From: Eledone cirrhosa
Taxonomy: Eukaryota
Length of the DNA: 64,000 bases
NCBI GenBank assembly: GCA_964016885.1
Contig: OZ024760.1
Span: 34,844,001 to 34,908,000 of the forward strand
Direction: 5' to 3'
The position numbers were made by a program, and so were the translations under genes. This document shows, piece after piece, positions 38,101 to 53,095 of the stretch. Numbering within the stretch: position 1 is the stretch's first letter; each line of letters starts with the position of its first letter. A model generated the notes under the pieces. It was not told where the DNA came from. It searched no databases and saw only the letters and a program-made list of their open reading frames with translations.

Positions 38101-41100
38101 ACTGGGGTGTAAAGTCTGTGACTCCCTACCACAGCTGAGATATACCACCTAGACTGAGGTGTAGTATCTGTCATTCCCTGCCACAGCTGTGATATACCAC
38201 CTTGACAGGGGTGTAGAGTCTGTCACACCCTACCACAGCTTAGATATACCACCTAGACTGGGGTGTAGAGTCTGTCACTCCCTCCACACCTGTGATATAC
38301 CACCTAGACTGGGGTGTAGAGTCTACCACTCCATACCACAGCTGAGATATACCACCTACACTGGGGTGTAGAGTCTGTCACTCCCTACCACAGCTGAGGT
38401 ATACCACCTAGACTGGGGTGTAGAAGCTACCACTCAATACCACAGCTGAGATATACCACCTAGACAGGGGTGTAGTGTCTTTCACTCCCGTTGAGATATA
38501 GCACCTAGGCTGGGTTGTCGAGTCTGACACTCCCTTCCACAGCTGAGATATACCAACTAGACTGGGGTGTAGAATTTGTCTCTCCCTACGACAGTTGTGT
38601 TATACCACCTAGACTGGGGTGTAGGGTCTGTCATCCCCTACTACAGCTTGGATATACCACCTAGACTGGGGTGTAGAGTCTGTCACTCCCTACCTCAACT
38701 GAGATATACCATCTAGACTGAGGTGAAGAGTGTGCCACTCCCTCCCACAGCTGAGGTATACCACCTAGACTGGGGTGTAGAGTCTGTCACCCCCAGCTGA
38801 GATAGACGACCTAGACTGGTGTGTAGAATCTGTCACTTTCTACCACAGCTGACATATACCATCTTGACTGGGGCTTAGAGTCTGTCACTCTCTACCACAG
38901 CTGAGATATACCACCTAGACTGGGGTGTAAAGTCCGTCACTCCCTACCACAGCTGTGATATACCACCTAGACTGTGGTGTAGAGTCTTTCGCTCCCTACC
39001 ACAGCTGTGATATGTCACCTAGACTGGGGTGTAGGGTCTGTCATCCCCTACTACAGCTTGGATATACCACCTAGACTGGGGTGTAGAGTCTGACACTCCC
39101 TTCCACAGCTGTGATATACTACCTAGACTGAGGTGTAGAGTCTTTCACTCCCTACCACAGCTGTGATATACTACCTAGACTGAGGTGTAGAATCTGCCAT
39201 TCCCTACCACAGCTGAGGTATACCATCTAGACTGGGGTGTAGAGTCTGTCACCCCCAGCTGAGATAGACGACCTAGACTGGTGTATAGAGTCGGTCACTT
39301 CCTACCACAGCCTACATATACCATCTGGACTGGGGCTTAGAGTCTGTCACTCTCTACCACAGCTGAGATATACCACCTAGACTGGGGTGTAGTATCTGTA
39401 ATTCCCTGCGAAGCTGTGATATACCTCCTAGACTGGGGTGTAGAGTCTGTCACTCCCTACCTCAACTGAGATATACCATCTAGACTGAGGTGTAGAGTCT
39501 CTCACTCCCTACCACAGCTGTGATATACCACCTAGACTGGGGTGTATAGTTAGTCAGCCCCTACTCCAGCTTTAATATACCACCTAGACTGGGGTGTAGA
39601 ATCTGTCACTCCCTACCACAGCAGTGATATACCACCTAGACTGGGGTGTAGAGTCTATCACTCCCTACCACAACTGACATATACTACCTAGACTGAGGTG
39701 TAGAGTCTGCCACTCCCTACCACAGCTGAGGTATACCATCTAGACTGGGGTGTAGAGTCTGTCACCCCCAGCTGAGATAGACGACCAAGACTGGTGTGTA
39801 GAGTCGGTCACTTCCTACCACAGCCTACATATACCATCTGGACTGGGGCTTAGAGTCTGTCACTCTCTACCACAGCTGAGATATACCACCTAGACTGGGG
39901 TGTAGTATCTGTAATTCCCTGCGAAGCTGTGATATACCTCCTAGACTGGGGTGTAGAGTCTGTCACTCCCTACCTCAACTGAGATATACCATCTAGACTG
40001 AGGTGTAGAGTCTGCCACTCCCTCCCACAGCTGAGGTATACCACCTAGACTGGGGTGTAGTATCTGTCATTCCCTACCACAGCTCTGATATACCACCAAC
40101 TGTGGTTGTCACTCCCAACCACAGTTGTGTTATACCACCTAGACTGGGGTGTAGAGTATGTCACTCCCTACCACAGCTGTGATATACCACTTAGACTGGG
40201 GTGTAGAGTCTACCACTCCCTACCACAGCTGAGGTATACCACTTAGACTGGGGTGTAGAAGCTACCACTCCCTACCACGGCTGAGTTACCACCTAGACTG
40301 AGGTGTAGAGTCTACCACTCCCTACCACAGCTGAGGTATACCACCTAGACTGGGCTGTAGTGTCTTTCATTCCCATTGAGATATAGCACCTAGGCTGGGT
40401 TGTCGAGTATGACACTCCCTTCCACAGCTGCGATATACCACCTAGACTGGGGTGTAGAGTCAACCACTCCCTACCACAGCTGAGATATACCACCTAGACT
40501 GGGGTGTAGAATTTGTCACTCCCTACCACAGCTGAGATACTCCACCTAGACTGTGGTGTAGAGTCTGTCACTCCCTACCACAGCTGTGATATACCACCTA
40601 GGCTGGAGTGTAGAGTCTGTCACTCCCTACTACAGCTCTGATATACCACCTAGATTGAGGTGTAGTGTCTGCCACTCCCTACCGCAGTTGAGGTATACCA
40701 CCTAGACTGGGCTGTTATGTATTTCCCTGCTGAGCTATACCACCTAGGCTGGAGTGTAGAGTCTGTCACTCCCTACTATAGCTGTGATATATCATCTAGA
40801 CGTGTGTAGAATCTGTCTCTCCCAGCTGAGATATACCAGCCAGACTGTGGTGTAGAGTCTGTCACTCCCTACCACAGTTGACATATACCACCTTGACTTG
40901 GGTGTAGAGTCTGTCACTCCCTACTACAGCTGTGATATACCATCTAGACTGGGGTGTCACTCCCTACCACAGCTGTGATATACCATTTAGACTGGGGTGT
41001 AGAGTCTGTCATACCCTACCACAGCTGACGTATACCACCTAGACTGGGGTGTAGAGTCTACCACTCCCTACCACAGCTGAGATATACCACCTAGACTGAA

Positions 41101-42409
41101 GTGTACAGTCTGCCACTCCCTACCACAGATGAGGTATACCAGCTAGACTGGGGTGTAGAGTATGTTACCCCCAGCTTAGATAGACGACCTAGACTGTGGT
41201 GTAGAGTCGGTCACTTCCTACCACAGCTGACATATACCATCTGGGCTGGGGCTTAGAGTCTGTCACTCTCTACCACAGCTGAGATATACCACCTAGACTG
41301 GGTTGTAAAGTCACTCACTCCCTACCACAACTGTGATATACCACCTAGACTGGGGTGTAGAGTCATCACTCCCTACCACAGCTGTGATATACCACCTAGA
41401 CTGGGCTGTAGTGTCTTTCTCTACCAGCTGAGATATAGCACCTAGGCTGGGTTGTATAGTCTGACACTCCCTTCCACAGCTTAGATATACCACCTAGACT
41501 GGGGTGTAGAGTCTACCACTCCCTACCACAGCTGAGGTATACCACCTAGACTGGGGTGTAGAATTTGTCACTCCCTACCACAGCTGAGGTATACCACCTA
41601 GACTGGGGTGTAGAATCTACCACTCCCTACCACAGCTAAGGTATACCACCTAGACTGGGCTGAAGTGTCTTTCACTACCAGCTGAGATATAGCACCTAGA
41701 CAGGGGTGTAGAGCCTGTCAGTCTCTACCACAACTGAGATATACCACCTAGACTGGGGTGTAGAGTCTGTCACCCCCAGCTGAGATAGACGACCTAGACT
41801 GGTGTGTAGAGTCGGTCACTTCCTACCACAGCCTACATATACCATCTGGACTGGGGCTTAGAGTCTGTCACTCTCTACCACAGCTGAGATATACCACCTA
41901 GACTGGGGTGTAGAGTCTGTCACCCCCAGCTGAGATAGACGACCTAGACTGGTGTGTAGAGTCGGTCACTTCCTACCACAGCCTACATATACATATACTA
42001 CCAGCTGAGATATAGCACCTAGACAGGGGTGTAGAGCCTGTCAGTCTCTACCACAACTGAGATATACCACCTAGACTGGGGTGTAGAGTCTGTCACCCCC
42101 AGCTGAGATAGACGACCTAGACTGGTGTGTAGAGTCGGTCACTTCCTACCACAGCCTACATATACCATCTAGACAGGGGTGTAGAGCCTGTCAGTCTCTA
42201 CCACAACTGAGATATACCACCTAGACTGGGGTGTAGAGTCTGTCACCCCCAGCTGAGATAGACGACCTAGACTGGTGTGTAGAGTCGGTCACTTCCTACC
42301 ACAGCATATACTACCAGCTGAGATATAGCACCTAGACAGGGGTGTAGAGCCTGTCAGTCTCTACCACAACTGAGATATACCACCTAGACTGGGGTGTAGA
42401 GTCTGTCAC
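32170..42409. repeat. Higher-order repeat domain B, period exactly 5,100 bp, 2 copies
   Basis: ORF pairs 33089/38189, 35193/40293 and 36211/41311. Printed lines match column for column. Confidence 0.95.
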
Positions 42410-45400
42410 CCCCAGCTGAGATAGACGACCTAGACTGGTGTGTAGAGTCGGTCACTTCCTACCACAGCATATACTACCAGCTGAGATATAGCTCCTAGAC
42501 AGGGGTGTAGAGCCTGTCAGTCTCTACCACAACTGAGATATACCACCTAGACTGGTGTGTAGAGTCGGTCACTTCCTACCACAGCCTACATATACCATCT
42601 GGGGTGTGATATACCATATACAGCTGTGATATACCATTTAGACTGGGGTGTAGAGTCTGTCATACCCTACCACAGATGAGGTATACCACCTAGACTGGGG
42701 TGTAGTCGCCCACTCCCTACCACAGCTGAGATATACCACCTCGGCTGAGGTGTACTGTCTGCCACTCTCTACCACAGCTCAGGTATACCACCTAGACTGG
42801 GGTGTAGAGTATGTCACTCCCTACCACAGCTGTGATATGCCACCTAGACTGGGTTGTAGAGTCTTTCAGCCCCTACCACAGCTGAGATATACCTCCTACA
42901 CTGGGGTGTAGAATCTGTCACTCCCTACCACAGCTGTGATATACCACCTAGACTGGGGTATAGAGTCTGTCACTCCCTAGCACAGCTGTGATATACCACC
43001 TAGACTGGGGTGTAGTCTACCACTCCCTACCACAGCTGAGATATACCACCTAGACTGAGGTGTAGAGTCTGCCACTCCCTACCGCAGTTGAGTTATACCA
43101 CCTAGCATGGGCTGTTATGTATTTCACTCCCTGCTGAGCTATACCACCTAGGCTGGGTTGTAGAGTCAGTCACTCCCTTCCACAGCTGAGATATACCACC
43201 TAGTCTGGGGTGTAGAATTTGTCACTCCCTACCACAGCTGAGGTATACTACCTAGACTGGGGTGTAGAGTCTACCATTCCCTACCACAACTGAGATATAC
43301 CACCTAGACTGGGGTGTAAAGTCTACCACTCCATACCACAGCTGAGATATACCACCTAGACTGGGGTGTAGAATCTGTCACTCCCTACCACAGCTGTGAT
43401 ATACCACCTAGACTGGGGTGTACAGTCTGCCACTCTCTACCACAGCTCAGGTATACCACCTAGAATGTGGTGTAGAGTTTTTCAGCCCCTACCACAGCTG
43501 AGATATACCTACTAGACTGGGGTGTAGAATCTGTCACTTCCTGCCACAGCTGTAATATACCACCTAGACTGGGGTGTAGAATCTGTCACTCCCTACCACA
43601 ACTGAGGTATACCACTTGGACTGGGGTGTAGAAACTGTCACTCCCTACCACAGCTGACATATACCACCTAGACTGGGGTGTAGGTTCTGTCACTCCCTAC
43701 CACAGATGAGGTATACCACCTAGACTGGGGTGTAGAATCTGTCACTCCCTACCACAGCTGTGATATACCACCTAGACTGGGGTGTAGAGTCTATCACTCC
43801 CTATCATAGCTGAACTATACCACCTAGACTGGGATGTAGAGTCTGTCACTCCCTACCAGAGCTGAGCTATACCACCTAGACTGGGATGTAGTGTCTGTCA
43901 CCCCCAGCTGACATATACGACCTCGACTAGGCTGTAGAGTCTGTCACTCCCTACCACAGCTGAGGTGTACCACCTAGACTGGGGTGTCGAGTCTGTCACT
44001 CCCTACCACAGCTGTGATATACCACCTAGACTGGGGTGTAGTGTCTACCACTCCGTACCACAGCTGAGATATACCACCTAGACTGGGGTGTAGAGTCTGT
44101 CACACCCTACCACAGCTGAGGTATACCACCTAGACAGGGCTGTAGTGTCTTTCACTCACAGCTGAGATATAGCACCTAGGCTGGGTTGTAGAGTCTGTCA
44201 CTCCCTACCACAGCTGAGATTTACCACCTAGACTGGGGAGTAGACTCTGTCACTCCCTACCACAGCCGTGATATACCATCTAGACTGGGGTGTAGAGTCT
44301 GTCACTCCCTACCACAGCTGTGATATGCCACCGAGACTGGGGTGTAGAGTCTTTCAGCCCCGACTACAGCTTTGATATACCACCTAGACTGGGGTGTAGA
44401 GTCTGTCACTCCCTACCACAGCAGTGATATACCACCTAGACTGGGGTGTAGAGTCTACCACTCCCTACCACAGCTGAGATATACCACCTAGACTGAGGTG
44501 TAGAGTCTGCCACTCCCTACCACAGCTGAGGTATACCACCTAGACTGGGCTGTTATTTAGTTCACTCCCTGCTGAGCTATACCACCTAGTCTGGGGTGTA
44601 GAATTTGTCACTCCCTACCACAGCTGTGATATACCATTTAGACTGGGGTGTAGAGTCTGTCATACCCTACCACAGCTGAGGTATACTATCTAGACTGGGG
44701 TGTAGAGTCTACCACTGCCTACCACAGCTGAGATATACCACCTAGACTGAGGTGTACAGTCTGCCACTCTCTACCACAGCTCAGGTATACCACCTAGATT
44801 GGGATGTAGAGTCTTTCAGCCCCTACCACAGCTGTGATATACCACCTAGACTGGGATGTAGAGTCTACCACTCCGTACCACAGCTGAGATATACCACCTA
44901 GACTGGGGTGTAGAGTCTACCATTCCGTACCACAGCTGAGATATACCACCTAGACTGGGGTGTAGAATCTGTCACTCCCTACCACAACTGAGGTATACCA
45001 CTTGGACTGAGGTGTAGAAACTGTCACTCCCAGCTGACATATACCACCTAGACTGGGGTGTAGATTCTATCACTCCCTACCACAGCTGAGGTATACCACC
45101 TAGACTGGGGTGTAGAGTCTGTCACTCCCTACCACAGCTGAGCTATACCACCTAGACTGGGATGTCACTCCCTACCACAGCTGTGATATACCATTTAGAC
45201 TGGGGTGTAGAGACTGTCATACCCTACCACAGCTGAGGTATACCACCTAGACTGGGGTGTAGAGTCTACCACTCCCTACCACAGCTGAGATATACCACCT
45301 AGACTGGAGTGTAGAGTCTGCCACTCCCTACCACAGATGAGGTATACCACCTAGACTGGGGTGTAGAATCTGTCACTCCCTACCACAGCTGTGATATACC

Positions 45401-45769
45401 ACCTAGACTGGGGTGTAGAATCTGTCACTCCCTACCACAGCTGTGATATACCACCTAGACTGGAGTGTAGAGTCTGTCACTCCCTAGCACATCTGTGATA
45501 TACCACCTAGATTGAGGTGTAGAGTCTGCCACTCCCTACCGCAGTTGAGGTATACGACCTAGACTGGGCTGTTATGTATTTCACTCGCTGTTGAGGTATA
45601 CCACCTAGGCTGGGTTGTAGAGTCAGTCACTCGCTTCCACAGCTGAGATATACCATTTAGACTGGGGTGTAGAGTCTGTCATACCCTACCACAGCTGACG
45701 TATACTACCTAGACTGGGGTGTAGAGTCTACCACTGCCTACCACAGCTGAGATATACCACCTAGACTGA

Positions 45770-48700
45770 GGTGTAGAGTCTGTCACTCCCTACCACAACT
45801 GAGGTATACCACCTAGACTGGGGTGTAGAATCTGTCACTCCCTACCACAGCTGACATATACCACCTAGACTGGGGTGTAGGTTCTGTTACTCCCTACCAC
45901 AGCTGAGGTATACCACCTAGACTGGGGTGTAGAGTCTATCACTCCCTATCATAGCTGAGGTATACCACCTAGACTGAGGTGTAGGTTCTGTCATGCTCTA
46001 CCACAGCTGAGCTATAGCACCTAGACTGGGGTGTAGAGTCTATCACTCCCTTCCACAGCTGAGATATACCACCTAGACTGGAGTGTAAAGTCTACAACTC
46101 CCTACCACAGCTGAGATATACCACCTAGACTGGGGTGTAGAGTCTGTCACTCCCTACCACAGCTGAGCTATACCACCTAGACTGGGATGTAGAGTCTGTC
46201 ACCCCCAGCTGAGATATACGACCTAGACTGGGCTGTAGAGTCTGTCACTCCCTACCAAAGCTGAGATATACCATTTAGACTGGGGTGTAGAGTCTGTCAC
46301 TCCCTACCACAGTTGAGGTGTACCCCCTAGACTGGGGTGTAGAGTCTGTCACTCCCTACCACAGCTGTGATATACCACTTAGACTGGGGTGTAGAGTCTA
46401 CCACTCCGTACCACAGCTGAGATATACCACCTAGACTGGGGTGTAGAGTCTGTCACTCCCTACCACAGCTGAAGTATACCACCTAGACTGGGGTGTAGAA
46501 TCTACCACTCCCTACCACAGCTGAGCTATACCACCTAGACTGGGATGTAGAGTCTGTCACCCCCAGCTGAGATATACGACCTAGACTGGGCTGTAGAGTC
46601 TGTCACTCCCTACCAAAGCTGAGATATACCACCTAGACTGGGGTGTAGAGTCTGTCACTCCCTACCACAGTTGAGGTGTACCCCCTAGACTGGGGTGTAG
46701 AGTCTGTCACTCCCAGCTGAGATATAGCACCTAGGCTGGGTTGTAGAGTCTGACATTCCCTTCCACAGCTGAGATATACCACCTAGACTGGGGTGTAGAC
46801 TCTGTCACTCCCTACCACAACTGAGGTATACCACCTAGACTGGGGTGTAGAATCTACAACTCTGTACCACCTAGACTGGGGTGTAGAGTCTGTCACTCCC
46901 TACCACAACTGAGGTATACCACCTAGACTGGGGTGTAGAATCTACCACTCCCTACAAGAGCTGAGATATACCACCTAGACAGAGGTGTAGAGTCTGCCAC
47001 TCCCTACCACAGCTGAGATATAGCACCTAGTCTGGGGTGTAGAATTTGTCACTCCCTACCACAGCTGTGATACATCATCTAGACGGATGTAGAATCTGAA
47101 ACTCCCAGCTGAGATATACCAGCCAGACTGTGGTGTAGAGTCTGTCACTCCCTACCACAGCTGACATATACCACCTTGACTGGGGTGTAGAGTCTGTCAC
47201 TCCCTACCACAGCTGAGATATACCACCTAGACTGGGGTGTATAGTCTGTCACTCCCTACCACAGCTGTGATATACCACCTAAACTGAGGTATAGAGTCTA
47301 CCACTCCCTACCACAGCCGAGGTATACCACCTAGACTGGGCTGTAGTGTCTTTCACCCCCAGCTGAGATATAGCACCTAGGCTGGGTTGTAGAGTCTGAC
47401 ATTCCCTTCCACAGCTGAGATATACCACCTAGACTGGGGTGTAGACTCTGTCACTCCCTACCACAGCTGTGATATACCACCTAGACTGGGGTGTAGAGTC
47501 TACCACTCCGTACCACAGCTGAAATATACCACCTAGACTGGGGTGTAGAGTCTGTCACTCCCTACTACAACTGAGGTATACCACCTAGACTGGGGTGTGG
47601 AATCTACCACTCCCTACCACAGCTTGGATATACCACCTAGGCTGGGGTGTAGAATCTGTCACTCCCTACCACAGCAGTGATATACCACCTAGACTGGGGT
47701 GTAGAGTCTGTCACTCCCTACCACACCTGACATATACCTCCTAGACTGGTGTGTAGAATCTGTCACTCCCTACCACAGCTGTGATATACCACCTAGACTG
47801 GCGTGTAGAGTCTACCATTCCGTACCACAGCTGTGATATACCACCTAGACTGGGGTGTAGAATCTGTCACTCCCTACCACAGCTGTGATATACCACCTAG
47901 ACTGGGGTGTAGAGTCTGTCAGCCCCTACTACAGCTTGGATATACCACCTAGACTGGGGTGTAGAATCTGTCACTCCCTACCACAGCAGTGATATACCAC
48001 CCAGACTGGTGTAGAGGCTGTCACTCCCTACCACAGCTGAGATATACCTCCTAGACTGGTGTAGAGTCTGTCACTCCCTAGCACAGCTGTGATATACCAC
48101 CTAGACTGGGGCATAGAGTCTACCACTCTGTACCACCTAGACTGGGGTGTAGAGTCTGTCACTCCCTACCACAACTGAGGTATACCACCTAGACTGGGGT
48201 GTAAAATCTACCACTCCCTACAAGAGCTGAGATATACCACCTAGACAGAGGTGTAGAGTCTGCCACTCCCTACAACAGCTGAGATATAGCACCTAGTCTG
48301 GGGTGTAGAATTTGTCACTCCCTACCACAGCTGTGATACATCATCTAGACGGATGTAGAATCTGAAACTCCCAGCTGAAATATACCAGCCAGACTGTGGT
48401 GTAGAGTCTGTCACTCCCTACCACAGCTGACATATACCACCTTGACTGGGGTGTAGAGTCTGTCACTCCCTACCACAGCTGAGATATACCACCTAGACTG
48501 GGGTGTAGAGTCTGTCACTCTCTACCACAGCTGTGATACATCATCTAGACGGATGTAGAATCTGAAACTCCCAGCTGAGATATACCAGCCAGACTGTGGT
48601 GTAGAGTCTGTCACTCCCTACCACACCTGACATATACCACCTAGACTGGGGTGTAGAGTCTGTCACTCCCTACCACAATCGTGATATACAACCTAGACTG

Positions 48701-51700
48701 GGGTGTAGAGTCTATCCTTCCCTACCACAGCTGTGATATACCACCTAGGCTGGGGTGTCTAGTCTGTCACTCCCTACCACAGCTGTGATATACCACCTAG
48801 ACTGGGGTGTAGAATCTATCACTCCCTACCACAGCTGACATATACCACCTAGACTGGGGTGTAGGTTCTGTCACTCCCTATCACAGCTGAGGTATACGAC
48901 CTAGACTGGCGTGTAGAGTCTACCACTCCCTACCACAGCAGAGATATACCACCTAGACTGGGGTGTCACTCCGTACCACAGCTGTGATATACCATTTAGA
49001 CTGGGGTGTAGAGTCTGTAACACCCTACCACAGCTGTGATATACCATTTAGACTGGGGTATAGAGTCTGTCAGCCATTACTACAGCTGGGATATACCACC
49101 TAGACTGGGGTGTAGAATCTGTCACTCCCTACCACAGCTGTGATATACCACCTAGACTGGGGTGTAAAGTCTGTCACTCCCTAACACAGCTATGATATAC
49201 CACCTAGACTGTGGTGTAGAGTCTGTCACTTCCTACTACAGTTAGGATATACCACCTAATCTGGGGTGTAGAGTCTGTCACTCCCAACCACAGCTGAGGT
49301 ATTCCACCTAGACTGGGGTGTAGAGTCTGTCACTCCCTACCACAGCTGACGTATACTACCTAGACTGGGGTGTAGAGTCTACCACTGCCTACCACAGCTG
49401 AGATATACCACCTAGACTGAGGTGTACAGTCTGCCACTCTCTACCACAGCTCAGGTATACCACCTAGATTGGGGTGTAGAGTCTTTCAGCCCCTACCACA
49501 AATGTGATATACCACCTAGACTGGGGTGTAGAGTCTGTCACTCCCTAGCACAGCTGTGATATACCACCTAGACTGGGGTGTAGAGTCTACCATTCCGTAC
49601 CACAGCTGAGATATACCACCTAAACTGGGGTGTAGAGTCTGTCACTCCCTACCACAACTGAGGTATACCACCTAGACTGGGGTGTAGAATCTGTCACTCC
49701 CTACCACAGCTGACATATACCACCTAGACTGGGGTGTAGGTTCTGTTACTCCCTACCACAGCTGAGGTATACCACCTAGACTGGGGTGTAGAGTCTATCA
49801 CTCCCTATCATAGCTGAGGTATACCACCTAGACTGAGGTGTAGGTTCTGTCATGCTCTACCACAGCTGAGCTATAGCACCTAGACTGGGGTGTAGAGTCT
49901 ATCACTCCCTTCCACAGCTGAGATATACCACCTAGACAGGAGTGTAAAGTCTACAACTCCCTACCATAGCTGAGATATACCACCTAGACTGGGGTGTAGA
50001 GTCTGTCACTCCCTACCACAGCTGAGCTATACCACCTAGACTGGGATGTAGAGTCTGTCACCCCCAGCTGAGATATACGACCTAGACTGGGCTGTAGAGT
50101 CTGTCACTCCCTACCAAAGCTGAGATATACCATTTAGACTGGGGTGTAGAGTCTGTCACTCCCTACCACAGTTGAGGTGTACCCCCTAGACTGGGGTGTA
50201 GAGTCTGTCACTCCCTACCACAGCTGTGATATACCACTTAGACTGGGGTGTAGAGTCTACCACTCCGTACCACAGCTGAGATATACCACCTAGACTGGGG
50301 TGTAGAGTCTGTCACTCCCTACCACAGCTGAAGTATACCACCTAGACTGGGGTGTAGAATCTACCACTCCCTACCACAGCTGAGCTATACCACCTAGACT
50401 GGGATGTAGAGTCTGTCACCCCCAGCTGAGATATACGACCTAGACTGGGCTGTAGAGTCTGTCACTCCCTACCAAAGCTGAGATATACCACCTAGACTGG
50501 GGTGTAGAGTCTGTCACTCCCTACCACAGTTGAGGTGTACCCCCTAGACTGGGGTGTAGAGTCTGTCACTCCCAGCTGAGATATAGCACCTAGGCTGGGT
50601 TGTAGAGTCTGACATTCCCTTCCACAGCTGAGATATACCACCTAGACTGGGGTGTAGACTCTGTCACTCCCTACCACAACTGAGGTATACCACCTAGACT
50701 GGGGTGTAGAATCTACAAATCTGTACCACCTAGACTGGGGTGTAGAGTCTGTCACTCCCTACCACAACTGAGGTATACAACCTAGACTGGGGTGCAGAAT
50801 CTACCACTCCCTACAAGAGCTGAGATATACCACCTAGACAGAGGTGTAGAGTCTGCCACTCCCTACCACAGCTGAGATATAGCACCTAGTCTGGGGTGTA
50901 GAATTTGTCACTCCCTACCACAGCTGTGATACATCATCTAGACGGATGTAGAATCTGAAACTCCCAGCTGAGATATACCAGCCAGACTGTGGTGTAGAGT
51001 CTGTCACTCCCTACCACAGCTGACATATACCACCTTGACTGGGGTGTAGAGTCTGTCACTCCCTACCACAGCTGAGATATACCACCTAGACTGGGGTGTA
51101 TAGTATGTCACTCCCTACCACAGCTGTGATATACCACCTAAACTGAGGTATAGAGTCTACCACTCCCTACCACAGCCGAGGTATACCACCTAGACTGGGC
51201 TGTAGTGTCTTTCACCCCCAGCTGAGATATAGCACCTAGGCTGGGTTGTAGAGTCTGACATTCCCTTCCACAGCTGAGATATACCACCTAGACTGGGGTG
51301 TAGACTCTGTCACTCCCTACCACAGCTGTGATATACCACCTAGACTGGGGTGTAGAGTCTACCACTCCGTACCACAGCTGAAATATACCACCTAGACTGG
51401 GGTGTAGAGTCTGTCACTCCCTACTACAACTGAGGTATACCACCTAGACTGGGGTGTGGAATCTACCACTCCCTACCACAGCTTGGATATACCACCTAGG
51501 CTGGGGTGTAGAATCTGTCACTCCCTACCACAGCAGTGATATACCACCTAGACTGGGGTGTAGTGTCTGTCACTCCCTACCACACCTGACATATACCTCC
51601 TAGACTGGTGTGTAGAATCTGTCACTCCCTACCACAGCTGTGATATACCACCTAGACTGGCGTGTAGAGTCTACCACTCCGTACCACAGCTGTGATATAC

Positions 51701-53095
51701 CACCTAGACTGGGGTGTAGAATCTGTCACTCCCTACCACAGCTGTGATATACCACCTAGACTGGGGTGTAGAGTCTGTCAGCCCCTACTACAGCTTGGAT
51801 ATACCACCTAGACTGGGGTGTAGAATCTGTCACTCCCTACCACAGCAGTGATATACCACCCAGACTGGTGTAGAGGCTGTCACTCCCTACCACAGCTGAG
51901 ATATACCTCCTAGACTGGTGTAGAGTCTGTCACTCCCTAGCACAGCTGTGATATACCACCTAGACTGGGGCATAGAGTCTACCACTCTGTACCACCTAGA
52001 CTGGGGTGTAGAGTCTGTCACTCCCTACCACAACTGAGGTATACCACCTAGACTGGGGTGTAAAATCTACCACTCCCTACAAGAGCTGAGATATACCACC
52101 TAGACAGAGGTGTAGAGTCTGCCACTCCCTACCACAGCTGAGATATAGCACCTAGTCTGGGGTGTAGAATTTGTCACTCCCTACCACAGCTGTGATACAT
52201 CATCTAGACGGATGTAGAATCTGAAACTCCCAGCTGAAATATACCAGCCAGACTGTGGTGTAGAGTCTGTCACTCCCTACCACAGCTGACATATACCACC
52301 TTGACTGGGGTGTAGAGTCTGTCACTCCCTACCACAGCTGAGATATACCACCTTGACTGGGGTGTAGAGTCTGTCACTCTCTACCACAGCTGTGATACAT
52401 CATCTAGACGGATGTAGAATCTGAAACTCCCAGCTGAGATATACCAGCCAGACTGTGGTGTAGAGTCTGTCACTCCCTACCACACCTGACATATACCACC
52501 TAGACTGGGGTGTAGAGTCTGTCACTCCCTACCACAATCGTGATATACAACCTAGACTGGGGTGTAGAGTCTATCCTTCCCTACCACAGCTGTGATATAC
52601 CACCTAGGCTGGGGTGTCTAGTCTGTCACTCCCTACCACAGCTGTGATATACCACCTAGACTGGGGTGTAGAATCTATCACTCCCTACCACAGCTGACAT
52701 ATACCACCTAGACTGGGGTGTAGGTTCTGTCACTCCCTATCACAGCTGAGGTATACGACCTAGACTGGCGTGTAGAGTCTACCACTCCCTACCACAGCAG
52801 AGATATACCACCTAGACTGGGGTGTCACTCCGTACCACAGCTGTGATATACCATTTAGACTGGGGTGTAGAGTCTGTAACACCCTACCACAGCTGTGATA
52901 TACCATTTAGACTGGGGTATAGAGTCTGTCAGCCATTACTACAGCTGGGATATACCACCTAGACTGGGGTGTAGAATCTGTCACTCCCTACCACAGCTGT
53001 GATATACCACCTAGACTGGGGTGTAAAGTCTGTCACTCCCTAACACAGCTATGATATACCACCTAGACTGTGGTGTAGAGTCTGTCACTTCCTAC
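45770..53095. repeat. Higher-order repeat domain C, period 3,859 bp, about 1.9 copies
   Basis: gttctgttac at 45881/49740 and gtagaggctg at 48011/51870, with scattered substitutions between copies. Confidence 0.88.

Noticed and set aside
12736-41493. Repeated 60-66 aa ORFs in the satellite
   Set aside because: Chance stop-free runs copied by the HORs. Useful only as period markers.
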